Source: Methanomassiliicoccaceae archaeon
Lineage (GTDB): Archaea > Thermoplasmatota > Thermoplasmata > Methanomassiliicoccales > Methanomassiliicoccaceae
Length of the DNA: 64,000 nucleotides
Assembly: GCA_040776945.1 (NCBI GenBank)
Contig: JAXGZN010000001.1
Coordinates: forward strand, 608,001-672,000
Direction: 5' to 3'
Below the pieces are notes generated by a model. The model made no database searches, was not told the origin of the DNA, and saw only the letters and a list, made by a program, of their open reading frames with translations. Shown here one piece after another: positions 9,488 to 20,400 of this stretch. How positions within the stretch are numbered: position 1 is the stretch's first letter; every line of letters starts with the position of its first letter. The position numbers and the translations under genes are program-made.

Positions 9488-10615
9488 GTGGCGCGAAAAA
9501 ATCAAGCTTCACTGCATCATAGTGGCCGATGCACACTACCTGCGCCATTTTATAAGGGAAAGGGCGACATCAGTAAAATCGAGACCAGCGACACCTACGC
9601 CTACCTCGCCGACGCTCTCGGCTCGTCGAGGTTCGTGCTCCGGAACGGCGTCCACGACGTGGCGAGCGTCTCTTACTACGCGCTAACTTACGAGCCGTTC
9701 GGCGAGGCCGTAGCGTCGTCCGGCTTCGACCGCCTGACCTTCGCCTCCGAGGTCCGGGACAGCACCGGTCTCGTGTACCTGGGAGCGAGATACTACGATC
9801 CCGAGCTCGGACGGTTCTACGCTCTAGATCCACTGATCGGTTCATCGGCGAACCCACAGACCTTGGACCGGTACGTGTACTGCGCCAACAGCCCGCTGAT
9901 ACACACTGATCCGCGCGGGATGGTGTTTAATCTGATTGCTGGTGCGGTTGGGGCAGTTGTTGGGGGCGTAATTGGGGGCGTAGTTGCAGGAGTATCAGGA
10001 GGGGATGTCCTAGCGGGAGCTTTAGGGGGGGCCGTTGGAGGAGCAATGGCCGGAGTAACATGTGGCGCTAGCCTTCTGGTAGCTGGCGCGGTCAGTGGTG
10101 GCGTCACATCGTTTACTACCAGCATGATTGAAACTGGCGGCGACCTTCAAAAATCTACTGCTGACGCGATAGTTGGAGGAGTTATTGGCGGCGTTACTGG
10201 TGGTATTGGAGGAGCGATTGTGGGGAAAATGGCGACACGATCAATTGTAACGTCACGTCTAGCTTCTCATTTTGATGATGCGGTCAAGGGTGTGGAGCTA
10301 TCTGATGATGTGATTAAGGCCGCACAGAGCACAAGGGGGTATAATCGGGTGGGTACAGCATTGCATAATTATATGGAAAAGCAAATAGGGAATGATCGTG
10401 TCCTAAAATACAGTATCCAAACGCCAGAAAAAAAAGGTGCAGTACAAATTGTGAGATATCCGGATGCCAAGATTATAAAAGATAACTATTGGTACGACTG
10501 GACAACCAACAGTCCAAAGCAAATCAATAACCATATGAATCGATATGCTGATTTTGGCAAAGGGAAATTATTCCTATATGATGTTAGGGACATAATGTCA
10601 AGATATCGGAAGTAG
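9488..10615 (+). CDS. orphan Rhs cassette: Rhs-associated core plus variable C-terminal toxin tip
   Basis: YLADALGS, YEPFG, TGLVYLGARYYDPELGRF..DP, NSPLIHTDPRG; core homology starts at 9590, so the first ~34 codons are probably fortuitous. Confidence 0.9.
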   Translation: MARKNQASLHHSGRCTLPAPFYKGKGDISKIETSDTYAYLADALGSSRFVLRNGVHDVASVSYYALTYEPFGEAVASSGFDRLTFASEVRDSTGLVYLGARYYDPELGRFYALDPLIGSSANPQTLDRYVYCANSPLIHTDPRGMVFNLIAGAVGAVVGGVIGGVVAGVSGGDVLAGALGGAVGGAMAGVTCGASLLVAGAVSGGVTSFTTSMIETGGDLQKSTADAIVGGVIGGVTGGIGGAIVGKMATRSIVTSRLASHFDDAVKGVELSDDVIKAAQSTRGYNRVGTALHNYMEKQIGNDRVLKYSIQTPEKKGAVQIVRYPDAKIIKDNYWYDWTTNSPKQINNHMNRYADFGKGKLFLYDVRDIMSRYRK

Positions 10616-10641
10616 AAAAATAAATGGAGCATCTGGAGTAA

Positions 10642-11634
10642 ATGGATGAGGAAATAATAAGACAACGAGAGAAAATTGTTAAAAAACTCATTAAAAGGAG
10701 GCGGATGAAAGAACTAGAAGAACTATTGAACTATGTCGAAGGTCGCCACAATCTTAGATGCTTTCCCTTTAACAATGTCGAGTCAAAATGTCAAACAGTA
10801 CGTTTCAAGGATTCCACATATGAGATTGTACAAAAAACATCCTATAAGAAAGTAAAATTCGATTCATATGATTTTTCTCATGCGGATTTCAATCACACCA
10901 TATGGGATTATGTCAAGTTTAACAACTGTTTGTTTGACAAAACAAGGATATTCAATGCAATATTTAGTGGATGTACATTTTCGAATTCTACCTTCATTGA
11001 TTGTGAGCTAACACACACTCTGTTGGGAGGTAGCAAACCATTAGATTATGGATTGTTTATCAATACTATTTTTCGTGGTGGTTCAATCAATTCCTGCCAT
11101 TTTGACTACCCACTTTTTAAAAAATGTATATTCGAATGCAATATCTCCGACGTAAATTTTGGAGGAACCCAGTTCGTCGATTGTACTTTCACTGGACGAC
11201 TAAATGAAGTGATATTTCATGGGTATTCAAAGCCAGGAACTTCCAATAGCCTATTTAGAAACATGGATATACCAAGGAACGACATGTTAAACGTGGACTT
11301 CTCTCAGGCATATTTCGATGGTTATAGCTTCTTGGGAGGAATCGAATTCACTAATATTGCCTTGCCCAAATCAAATAGATTACTGCTTATAAAAAAAGGT
11401 CCAAAAGTGATGAATCTAGTACGTAATACTATCGAAAACGAGTGGGACGGTGAAGATAAAAGAATTGGATTACGATGCATCGACATCGAGTCAGAAAAAA
11501 TATTTGGAGGGCAAACTCAGTTACTCCATAGTGTTGATGAGAATTCGAAACATTATGGTGAATCCTTTGCCATGAAGTTAGCGTCCCTTATTATTCAAAC
11601 ACAACAAAGAGTGAACAAGGAAGATGATGGGTGA
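10642..11634 (+). CDS. pentapeptide-repeat protein, candidate cognate immunity protein
   Basis: Repeats such as YDFSHADFNHTIW, AIFSGCTFSNSTFIDCEL, VNFGGTQFVDCTF; AT-rich; starts 26 bp after the Rhs tip stop. Confidence 0.8.
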   Translation: MDEEIIRQREKIVKKLIKRRRMKELEELLNYVEGRHNLRCFPFNNVESKCQTVRFKDSTYEIVQKTSYKKVKFDSYDFSHADFNHTIWDYVKFNNCLFDKTRIFNAIFSGCTFSNSTFIDCELTHTLLGGSKPLDYGLFINTIFRGGSINSCHFDYPLFKKCIFECNISDVNFGGTQFVDCTFTGRLNEVIFHGYSKPGTSNSLFRNMDIPRNDMLNVDFSQAYFDGYSFLGGIEFTNIALPKSNRLLLIKKGPKVMNLVRNTIENEWDGEDKRIGLRCIDIESEKIFGGQTQLLHSVDENSKHYGESFAMKLASLIIQTQQRVNKEDDG

Positions 11635-11650
11635 GTTTTGTAGCAAAGCA

Positions 11651-12586
11651 ACTCTGTTGACTAAATATCCTGCAAACACTAGGCAGTTGTACGCAATGAA
11701 CGTGTACTGCACCTCGAGCAACAATACGTCGCTGCGCTACGAACGCAACGCTTTTCTCCGAGAACTCTCTTGATCACTGAGAACACGATTTCCACTCTCC
11801 ACCGCAGCCGATACACGCGACGCTCCTTCCATACGAACTTAACGAAGAATCGCCGCTTCATGGCCGCCGCGTATTGTCCTGTAAGATATGCTTGGGAATG
11901 ACGGGGCCTTCCTCATCTTGATGCCGGCGTCGATGTTCTGCGAAGCGGCGAAAAAATATTTTCCGCGAGTCGTAAGCGCTGTCCGCGAGCATGCGGATGA
12001 TACACCATGGCAGCGTGCTCGCTGCCTTACGAATGGTGATAAGAGGAACCGCCGGTCAGGAGAGCTTTTATTCAAAACGATGACTATGCCGACTGATACG
12101 GTGCCGTATCGACCACGACGCGCAACTTGATGCCGATCAAGTTATTCGCCATAATGAGCTCTCGACCTCGCGGAGGAACGACCGGCTCCACCTTCCCCTT
12201 GCTCAGACACTTCCACAGAGTGCCAGGTTCGAGCTTCGAACCCGAGCGCCGCACCGAGAGTGCGCAGCTCGCCCTGCGCCACTATTAACGATAAAAGCCA
12301 GGACATCGCGCTGCAAGCGAACGAAGCGAACCAGCAAGCGAGGAAAGCAGTACGGTCGACCTTTCTTACCCAAGTAAATCTCGTCGAGTTCGCTTCGCCA
12401 AGAGGCAATCCATGAGAGGCCGTTTTCGATCTCTTCTGAGGTATTGCTCGGTCAACCGTCCCCAATCTCTTTGTACCGTGTGCTCAAATCTAGAACTGTC
12501 TGGTATGGTTCTCTACGAACCCGACGTGCCAGCGCATGTCGGTTAATAGTATGCCAGAAAATTTAAGCTACTTTAATCAACAAAGC
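11651..12586 (-). mobile_element. degenerate IS5-family (IS903-like) element with frameshifted transposase
   Basis: Fragments MLADSAYDSRK and YRLRWRVEIVFSVIKRVLGE; imperfect IRs actctgttgactaaa (11651) and tttaatcaacaaagc (12572-12586), 12/15 match. Confidence 0.7.
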
Positions 12587-12759
12587 ACAAGCTGTGCAAG
12601 GTGTTGAGCGACACAGTACCGAGCGATAGGTTCGATCAAGATGCACGTTCTTTCTGCTCGCCATATACGTGAGATGGCATCCAATCGGCCCACTTTTTTC
12701 AATAGCAAGACTATTGCAGTTTCACCCTTGATCCCGCCACGCTTTTCTTAAACCGATAG

Positions 12760-13275
12760 AAGCTGCGCTTCGACCTCTCGCCCCAGGGCCGGTCGGTCAT
12801 CGTCAACGCCGCGGTCAGGCCGTCCTTGGCCATCGCCGACGACATCCGGCCGGCCGAGGAGCAGACCAGGCTCAACCGGAGCTTCCTCCTTGGGGAGCTG
12901 TGGGCCAGCGTGGAGGGCGTCGCCGCCACCAAGAGCCGTGAGAAGCTCGTCACCGCGCAGAAGGAACTCGAGGCGAAGCAAGCGGAGGCGTCCAAGAAGC
13001 TGCCCAAGGTGCTGATCAGGTTCGGGCTGATGGAGCTCGGCTTCTGGGTAGTATTGCTCCTTTTCCTCATCTACTTCCTGGAGATGGAGTTCGATACCAC
13101 CATGTGGGCGCTGATCGCGATCCTGTTCCTCGGCTCAGGGACCATGAACGCATGGGGCCTGCTGAGGATGTGGAGGCAGAAGCGGGCGGACGCGTATCTC
13201 TTGACGTACGCACCTTCGCTCCCGGCAGACGCTGCCGGGGCAATCGTTATTAGTTCCGAGCCCACTTCGCGCCTC
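12760..13275 (+). pseudogene. 5'-truncated membrane-protein gene reading in frame into hypB
   Basis: Frame opens at the island edge (KLRFDLSPQGRSVIVNAAV...), has two TM segments and no stop before hypB. Confidence 0.55.
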
Positions 13276-13932
13276 GTGCATAAGGTATCTGACATCTCCA
13301 TCGAGACCGACGTTCTAGCGGAGAACCGCAAGCTTGGCCACGAGAACCATCACCGGCTCCGGGCCCACGGCATCCGCTCACTGGACGTCATGGGCGCCAT
13401 CGGCTCCGGGAAGACGCTGCTCATCCAGAAGATGGCGGTGCGCATGATGGAGAAGGGCCTCAAGGTCGCGGTCCTCGCCGGTGACCTCACCGGCCAAGAT
13501 GATTTCGACCGCTTCCGGAAGGCCGGCGTCGCCGCCGTCAATGTCAACACCGGCAAGGAATGTCACCTCGACGCGCACCTCGTCGACCATGCTCTCGACA
13601 AGCTCGACCTTGACGATCTGGACTTCCTGTTCATCGAGAACGTAGGCAACCTCGTATGTCCGGCGGACTTCCCCCTGGGCACCGACCAGCGGATGGTCGT
13701 CATCTCCGTCACCGAGGGCGATGACATGGTGCGCAAGCAGCCTGGCATATTCATCGAGTCGGACATCGCCGTGCTCAACAAGATCGACCTGTTGCCGTTC
13801 ATGGACGTCGACACCTCGCTCATGGACCGCGATTACGCCAAGGTGAAGAAGGGCGCCAAGCTCTACCGTACCAGCGCCAAGACCGGCGAGGGTTTGGACG
13901 AACTGTTCAAGGCGCTCAACATCCAGGTATGA
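13276..13932 (+). CDS. hypB: hydrogenase nickel-insertion GTPase HypB
   Basis: MGAIGSGKT, NTGKECHLDAH, FIENVGNLVCPADFPLG, SVTEGDD, NKIDL, TSAKTGEG; GTG start at 13276 inferred. Confidence 0.93.
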   Translation: MHKVSDISIETDVLAENRKLGHENHHRLRAHGIRSLDVMGAIGSGKTLLIQKMAVRMMEKGLKVAVLAGDLTGQDDFDRFRKAGVAAVNVNTGKECHLDAHLVDHALDKLDLDDLDFLFIENVGNLVCPADFPLGTDQRMVVISVTEGDDMVRKQPGIFIESDIAVLNKIDLLPFMDVDTSLMDRDYAKVKKGAKLYRTSAKTGEGLDELFKALNIQV

Positions 13933-13974
13933 GAACCAAGTTATTAGTAGCCTCGTCCTTTACCCTAGCGAGGC

Positions 13975-15303
13975 ATGTCCATGAAGGTCCTTGTAGTAGG
14001 CGGGGGAGGGCGCGAGCACGCCATCGCCTCGGCCCTGGCTTCCAGCGGTTCGACGGTTTACGCGGCGATGAGGAACCGCAACCCCGGCATCGCCAAGCTG
14101 GCGAAGGAGTTCAAGCTGGTCAAGGAGACCGACGTGAGCGCTGTCGTCGATTTCGCCCTGTCCATGGGCGTGGAGATGGCCGTGATCGGCCCGGAGGCGC
14201 CGCTGGAGGTGGGACTGGCGGACGCGCTTATCTCCAAGGACGTTCGATGCGTAGGGCCGAGCAAGGCCGCGGCGCGCCTCGAGATCTCCAAGTCCTTCAC
14301 CCGGGCGCTGATGCGCAGGCACCAAGTCCCGGGCAACATCGACTTCGCGGTCTTCGATGACCTCGCGTCGGCACGCAAGTTCGTCATGGACAACGACCGG
14401 GACATGGTCGTGAAGCCGGTCGGCCTCACTGGCGGGAAGGGCGTCAAGGTCATGGGCGAACACCTCCTGAGCAAGGAGGACACCATCCGCTATCTCGAGG
14501 AGATATTCGAACACCATATCGGCGGTGGCGGGGTAGTCCTCGAAGAAAAGCTGGTGGGCGAGGAGTTCACCCTGCAGGCGTTCTGCGACGGCAAGGTCGT
14601 CGTCCCCATGCCCCTGGTGCAGGACCATAAGCGCGCCTACGAGGGCGATGTGGGACCGAACACCGGCGGCATGGGCTCGTACTCTCAGCAAGATCACCTT
14701 CTCCCGTTCGTCACCGCCCGGGAGCGCGATGCGGCGCTGGACATCATGCGTCGCACCGTCGAAGCGATGCGGTCCGAGGGCCACGAGTACCGCGGCATCC
14801 TGTACGGGCAGTTCATGAACACCCGGGACGGACCGCGGGTCATCGAGTTCAACGCCAGGTTCGGCGATCCGGAGGCGATGAACGTGCTGTCCATAATCTC
14901 GGGATCGTTCACCGAGGTGTGCGACGGGGTAGCGAGCGGCAACCTCTCGCCGTCGAAGGTCTCGTTCCTGGACAAGGCCACGGTATGCAAGTATGTCGTC
15001 CCGCGCGGCTATGGCACCGAGCCCGCCGCCGGCAGGCCGGTGCAGGTTGACGAGAAGGCCATCGCCAGGCTGGGCGCTCGAGCTTACTACGCCATGGTCA
15101 GCGAGGAGGGCGGGAAGGTCCTTACGACGACGTCCCGCGCGGTCGGCGTCGTAGGCATCGGCGACACCATCGAAGCGGCGGAGAAGGTATGCGAGAGGGC
15201 GCTAACCCACGTCACGGGAGAGGCGCTGTTCGTCCGCCACGACATCGGCCGCCCGGAGGTCATCCGCAAGCGGGTCGAGCACATGGCCCGGGTGCGAAGC
15301 TAG
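13975..15303 (+). CDS. purD: phosphoribosylamine-glycine ligase
   Basis: VLVVGGGGREHAI, IGPEAPL, QDHKRAYEGDVGPNTGGMGSYS, EFNARFGDPE. Confidence 0.97.
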   Translation: MSMKVLVVGGGGREHAIASALASSGSTVYAAMRNRNPGIAKLAKEFKLVKETDVSAVVDFALSMGVEMAVIGPEAPLEVGLADALISKDVRCVGPSKAAARLEISKSFTRALMRRHQVPGNIDFAVFDDLASARKFVMDNDRDMVVKPVGLTGGKGVKVMGEHLLSKEDTIRYLEEIFEHHIGGGGVVLEEKLVGEEFTLQAFCDGKVVVPMPLVQDHKRAYEGDVGPNTGGMGSYSQQDHLLPFVTARERDAALDIMRRTVEAMRSEGHEYRGILYGQFMNTRDGPRVIEFNARFGDPEAMNVLSIISGSFTEVCDGVASGNLSPSKVSFLDKATVCKYVVPRGYGTEPAAGRPVQVDEKAIARLGARAYYAMVSEEGGKVLTTTSRAVGVVGIGDTIEAAEKVCERALTHVTGEALFVRHDIGRPEVIRKRVEHMARVRS

Positions 15304-15325
15304 AAGTACGGACGGAGGCGATGAT

Positions 15326-15949
15326 GTGTCCATGAAGAACCTGGAAGAGATCGCACAGCGCATCGAATCCAGACTGGAAGAGAAGGACCAAGTGAGGGAG
15401 ATCGCCATCAAGTCCTCCCGGGCGGTCAATAGGCTCTCGGGCGGCATCGTTCATCTCATCCACAAGGGCGAGGACGTCAAGCCCCAGATGCACGAGGCCA
15501 TCGACGAGGCTCATCGCCTGCGCTCCTTGCTTGAGGATTATCCGGAGATCTGGGAATCTGGACTGGTCGAAGGCGCGCTGCAGGAGCTGGCGGAGGCCGC
15601 GATCCTCCTGGCGCTGGTGCGCGACGAGGAACTGCCGGACCCCGATGACATGGGCATCACCGGCAACGCCTACATCCTGGGCATGGCCGATGCCATCGGC
15701 GAACTGCGGAGGTTCGCCCTGGAGAAGCTGAGGGAGGGCGACGTAGATCGCGCGACGACCTATCTGGACATGATGGAGGAGATGTTCCTGGTCATCATGC
15801 GGTTCGATTTCCCGGACGCTCTGATCCCGATACGCAGGAAGCAGGACGTGGCCCGCTCGCTGGTGGAGAAGACGCGGGGCGACATTGCCGTGGCGGTTTA
15901 CTCGTCCCGACTGCAGAGCAAGCTGGACGAGCTGTCCAGGAAGCTCTGA
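15326..15949 (+). CDS. translin/Trax-family protein
   Basis: RE.AIKSSR, ALQELAEA, YILGMADAIGELRR, RRKQDVARSLVEKT. Confidence 0.88.
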   Translation: MSMKNLEEIAQRIESRLEEKDQVREIAIKSSRAVNRLSGGIVHLIHKGEDVKPQMHEAIDEAHRLRSLLEDYPEIWESGLVEGALQELAEAAILLALVRDEELPDPDDMGITGNAYILGMADAIGELRRFALEKLREGDVDRATTYLDMMEEMFLVIMRFDFPDALIPIRRKQDVARSLVEKTRGDIAVAVYSSRLQSKLDELSRKL

Positions 15950-16273
15950 TCAGAGCTTCCGGCGCATGACCTCTTCGATCTCTTCCTTCGGCACCAGGCC
16001 GACGATCTGATCGACCACCTTGCCGTCCTTGAAGAACAGCAGGGTGGGGATGGCCATTATGCGGTAGGTCTGGGACAGCTGGGGGTTCTCGTCCACATTG
16101 AGCTTGGCGAAGGCGACCTTACCAGAATATTCCTTGGCCATCCGCTCGATGATGGGGCCGATCATCCGGCACGGTCCGCACCACGCCGCCCAGCAGTCCA
16201 CGACGAGCTTGGGGTTGGCCTTCAAGGTGGAGTCAAAATTGGATTGATCGATCTCGATGACGTTCTCGGCCAT
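15950..16273 (-). CDS. trxA: thioredoxin
   Basis: VDCWAAWCGPCRMI, AKLNVDEN, IPTLLFFKDG; start trimmed to ATG 16273. Confidence 0.95.
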   Translation of the reverse strand: MAENVIEIDQSNFDSTLKANPKLVVDCWAAWCGPCRMIGPIIERMAKEYSGKVAFAKLNVDENPQLSQTYRIMAIPTLLFFKDGKVVDQIVGLVPKEEIEEVMRRKL

Positions 16274-16691
16274 AGGTATCATCGCGAAATATCGCACACA
16301 GGGTATATGACGGTATTCCCAAAGCTCGTTGTTCCTAAAGTCTAAAAAGATATAGGTGCAATGGGCCATCTGAGGGTTTTTCAGGAGATGTGTACGTTAT
16401 AGCTGGGGGAGGCTATGACCGCTTTATGCCAATGACCTTCGGGCCCTCAATGATGCTTTCCGTCTCAAGCCCCTCGAGAACATGATGGAGCCATCCGCAG
16501 CTCACCATTGCGCTCATAGCATTGCGGCGACAGGTTCGGTCCTTCGCCTCCGCGCCAATGATGACCATGCAAATGCGTTCGATCCTGTCCATCTCTGAGC
16601 GCCTGAGAGGGGAACGCCATAAGGTGGTCAATAAAAAGGATGGCGGAAAGGGATTGAAAGGGAGGCCACAAGGCCCCTCTTAGCATAGGTC

Positions 16692-17423
16692 TTACTTCTT
16701 CCTTTTCTTCTTTCCCCGGTTCGTGTAGGTCAGGAAGACGACCACCAACAGGAGCACGACCATGATCGCCAGCACCATGTTGAGCGTGCCGTAGATGGTC
16801 CCTCCCTTGTGGAAGGTGGCGGTGAACGTCGTGCTGCCGTCCAGGAACCTCACGAACTCGCTGTTGGGGTCGAGGACTATCTCCACTGTGTGCTCCCCGT
16901 CCTTGAGGTCGCCGGCCGTCCAGTTGTAGGTCAGCGTCTTGGTCGAGTTCGCGGGTATGGTGAACGCCGTGGTGTTGATCACCGCCCCGTCGGCCTTGAA
17001 CTGCACCGGGACGTCGGTCAGCGTGACGTTGCCCGAGTTGTGCACCTCGGCGGAGATGACCACCGGCTTGACCACCTTGATGGTGTACCTCTCCGTCTGG
17101 TCCACGGTCCCGTTGGTGAGGCCTATGCTCAGCACCAGGTCGCCGAGGACGGTGCCCGCGGTCACCTTGACGGTGAAGTTCTCCGCATCGGTCGTCCCCG
17201 TCGTAGGGGCTACCGTTCCCGAGCTCACTGAGGCGTTCCAGGTGTAGTTTCCGGCCGGCCGGTCGGTCGACACGTGAACGATGACGTCCCCGGTCCCGCT
17301 GGGCTGCAGGTATTGAACGCTCCCGTCGAAGCTGACGCTGTATCTGTCGGTCTCCGCTGCCATGGCCGACGGAGCGGCCAGGCAGGCCATCAGCAGCAGC
17401 GATGCCGCCGCTGCCAGGATCAT
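16692..17423 (-). CDS. secreted CARDB-domain surface protein with C-terminal membrane anchor
   Basis: Signal peptide, ISAEVHNSG...VQFKADG...YNWTA...GEHTVEIVLDPN, C-terminal TM plus KKKRKK; ATGA overlap with aglB stop. Confidence 0.82.
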   Translation of the reverse strand: MILAAAASLLLMACLAAPSAMAAETDRYSVSFDGSVQYLQPSGTGDVIVHVSTDRPAGNYTWNASVSSGTVAPTTGTTDAENFTVKVTAGTVLGDLVLSIGLTNGTVDQTERYTIKVVKPVVISAEVHNSGNVTLTDVPVQFKADGAVINTTAFTIPANSTKTLTYNWTAGDLKDGEHTVEIVLDPNSEFVRFLDGSTTFTATFHKGGTIYGTLNMVLAIMVVLLLVVVFLTYTNRGKKKRKK

Positions 17424-20400
17424 CTCTTTCTTCGGCGTCCGAACACCCCCTTGTTGACCCTGAGGACCACGAACAGAACCAGCAGGAGCGCGACCAGGAC
17501 CGCCAGGGCCCAGGTGCCTGCCGGGATCTGCGGGGTTCCCATGGTTATCCCCTCGCCGCTTACCTCCAGGCCGCCGTCGGTCACGTCCACTGAGGTCTTC
17601 TGGATGGATTGCTCCGCGGAGGCGGTGGCGTTGGTGGAGACCACGGCGACGCGGACGGACGCGCCCATGTCGGGCGAGTCGGAGGCCTTGGTCAGTATGA
17701 CGTTGACCGTCTGGCCGCTGCCCGCGGAAACGGTCACCAGCCGGTAGTTGGTGTCGACCCCGGATATCCTCGCGGTCCAGCCGTCCATCGCCAGCTGATC
17801 GAGGTTGCTGACGGTGAAGTTGTAGGAGTCCTGGGCGTTGCCCTCGTTCTTGATCTGGAACGGATAGGTGATCGAGGTGCCGTCGACCGCCTGCGCCGAG
17901 CCCATGGACACCGACACCTTGTAGGTCGGGTTCACGTTGACGTCAAGGTTCACGCTGCCCTTGGCCGAAGTGTGGTTCAGGGAGGTCGCGGTGATCTTGA
18001 CCGGCGAATGGATCACCTTGGCGTTCTCGGGGACGATGATGGTCACCTGCACGGTGCGGGAGCTTCCAGTTCCCCAGGGCAGGCTTATGTCGTTCTCGGA
18101 GAAGGTCACGTTCCAGGTCGAGTCCGAACTCAGCCGGTAGGTGTCGTCCACGTTGCCGCGGTTATATACCGTGACATCGTAGGTGACCGTCTGCCCGGCG
18201 TCCACGGTCTTCTTGGTACCTGAGTCCCAGACCAGTTCGACCGCGCCGCTCAGCTGCCTGACCAGGTCGATGTTCCTGGTGGTGGCCCCGCTGACGGTGA
18301 TCTCGAAGCTGCTGGTGTGAGTTACGTTCACGCCCGCGACCTCCTCGTTGGTCCATGTGGCCGCGGCGTTGTAGGTGCCGGCCGGCAACAGTATGCTGTA
18401 CGAGCCGCCCGCCCCACTGGTCGCCGTGGCCTGCGCGTTGTCGGAGAAGGTCACCGTCGCCCCGCTCACGCCCGCCCCGTTGTAGCTGATGACCCCGGAG
18501 ACGGTGTTGCCGGGCTCGAAGGTCAGGTTCGCGGCGTTGGCCTGGTTGGGGTTGACGGTTATCACTCCGAGGTAAACGTTGGAGCCGGCAACGCCATAGG
18601 CGCTGTAGGTCCCTGGTGCCAGGGTGAACGAGTAGGAGCCAGCGTCGGAGCTTCCGGTGCTGTCCACCGCCGTGTCGGAGAGGGCCTTGAAGGTCCAGGT
18701 TACGCCGGATCCTGCCCCGCTCAGCGATCCGCTGATAGTGGCGGTGTCCAGCGTCCGGTTGAGCCCGATGTCCCTCTCAGTGGTACCGCTCACGGTCACG
18801 CTCTGCGTGCCGGAGTACACCACATATCTCGGCTTCTCGTCCACCGTGGCCTTGGTGTGGTAGTTCGCACCTATGCTGTACGTCCCATTGACCAGGTAGG
18901 TGGTGAACGAGCCTTTGCTGTTGGCGTTCATGGGAAGGCTCGCCGCGCCGGAGCCGATGGTCACGTTGGCCGGTATGCTCAGATCGCTGCCGTCGTACTG
19001 CAGCTGGCCGGTGAAGGCCGGGGCGTACTGGGGCGTGATGCTCATCGAGGCTCCGGCGGACAGGGCCTCGGAGCGCAGGTCCGCGAAGTGGGCGTTGTTC
19101 TCGGTCAGGCTCGTGTATATGGTGTAAGTTCCCGGCGCCAGATATTCGGTGATGGTCGGGGCCGCGTTGACCGTCATGTTCTGGGGCCCGATGAAGCGGA
19201 CCGAGCCGGTCGCCGACGCGCCCATGCTCACGCTGAGGGTCACCTTCGCGCTCTCGGTGACCGCGATGGCCTGGGCCGCGGGGTCCCTGCCTACCTCGAC
19301 CGTGAGGGGCTGGGAGGCCTTGTACCGAGACGAGTCGTCGCCGGAGGTGACGTTCTGGTCCACGATCATGGAGTAGGTCCCCGGGCTGAGGCTGACGCTG
19401 AACGCACCAGAGCCGCCGGTGACCGCCGAGGTCGACCGAGCGCCGCCGCCGTTGGCCGTGAAGCTCACGGTCACCCCGCCGACCCCGGAGCCTCCCGAGG
19501 TCAAGGTGCCGGTGACGGTGCGGTTGTCGGCGACCATGGGAATGTTCTCCTTGGCCGCGGCGTTCAGCGGGTCGTAGGTCTTCTCCCAGGTCTGGTATCC
19601 GCTCAGCGAGGCGGTCAGCTGGTAGCTGCCCTTGGGCAGGGTGATGTTGTATCCGCCGGAGGAGGCGGACACGAAGGACACCGTCTGCGCGGCGGCCGTG
19701 GTCGACCGCACGCTGAGCACGACGTTGGGTATGCCCTCGCTGCTGTCCATCTCCCCGTTGCCGTTGGTATCGTACCACGTCCTCCCGGAGATGTACACCG
19801 AATCCGTCAGAGCGATGTCCTGGGACGTCGCGCCGGAGACCGATGCGGTGCTCCAATATGCCTTGCTCGGACCGGAGGCGTATACGAAGTAGTCCCCGTT
19901 CGGCAGGACCAGGCGGTACGCTCCTTCCGAGTTCGTGGTCGCGGTGACGAAGGTCGCGTCAGAGGTCCTGGTGTACACGACCTTGGCGGAGCCTGCCGCG
20001 GTGCTGCCGTCCTTGACCGTGCCGGTGACCACGGAGCCCGCCGACATCGACAGGTCCACGGTCGCGGTGTTGCTGTTCGCGTTCAGAGGGGACATGGCCA
20101 CCTGGTCCACGCCGCCTACGCTGACGATCGCGTACGCGGTGTAGACGCCCTGGGGCAAGGTGATGCGATAGTTGCCCGAGGCGTCGGTGGTGGTGAACTG
20201 CTCCCTGGACGCGGATATGAACCCGACCGCGACATTGGCCTGAGGCGATCCTCCCAGGGTCACCGTGCCGGTGACCTGGGTGGCCGAGCGCACCCTGAGC
20301 TCCACGCTCTTGCTGCTCCCGGCGCTGACGCTCACCTTCACCGAGCCGGCGCTGATGTTATAGTCCGTCGTGTCAACGGTGTAGTTGCCAGGCAGCAGGC

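Larger units (their letters stand above)
5278..12759. mobile_element. accessory island 1 (IS debris, Rhs tip cassette, AT-rich genes)
   Basis: Abrupt shift to AT-rich sequence, several IS copies or relics, flanked by broken genes; limits approximate. Confidence 0.75.

Noticed and set aside
12826-13932. Apparent membrane-anchored HypB fusion (368 aa)
   Set aside because: The upstream part is a headless remnant cut by the island; HypB has its own plausible GTG at 13276 with an AT-rich element upstream, so the fusion is probably incidental
16413-16631. Small ORF, and an ATGATGA...CTGA C/D-box-like pattern at ~16558-16606
   Set aside because: No internal C'/D' boxes or identifiable guide target; ORF unsupported
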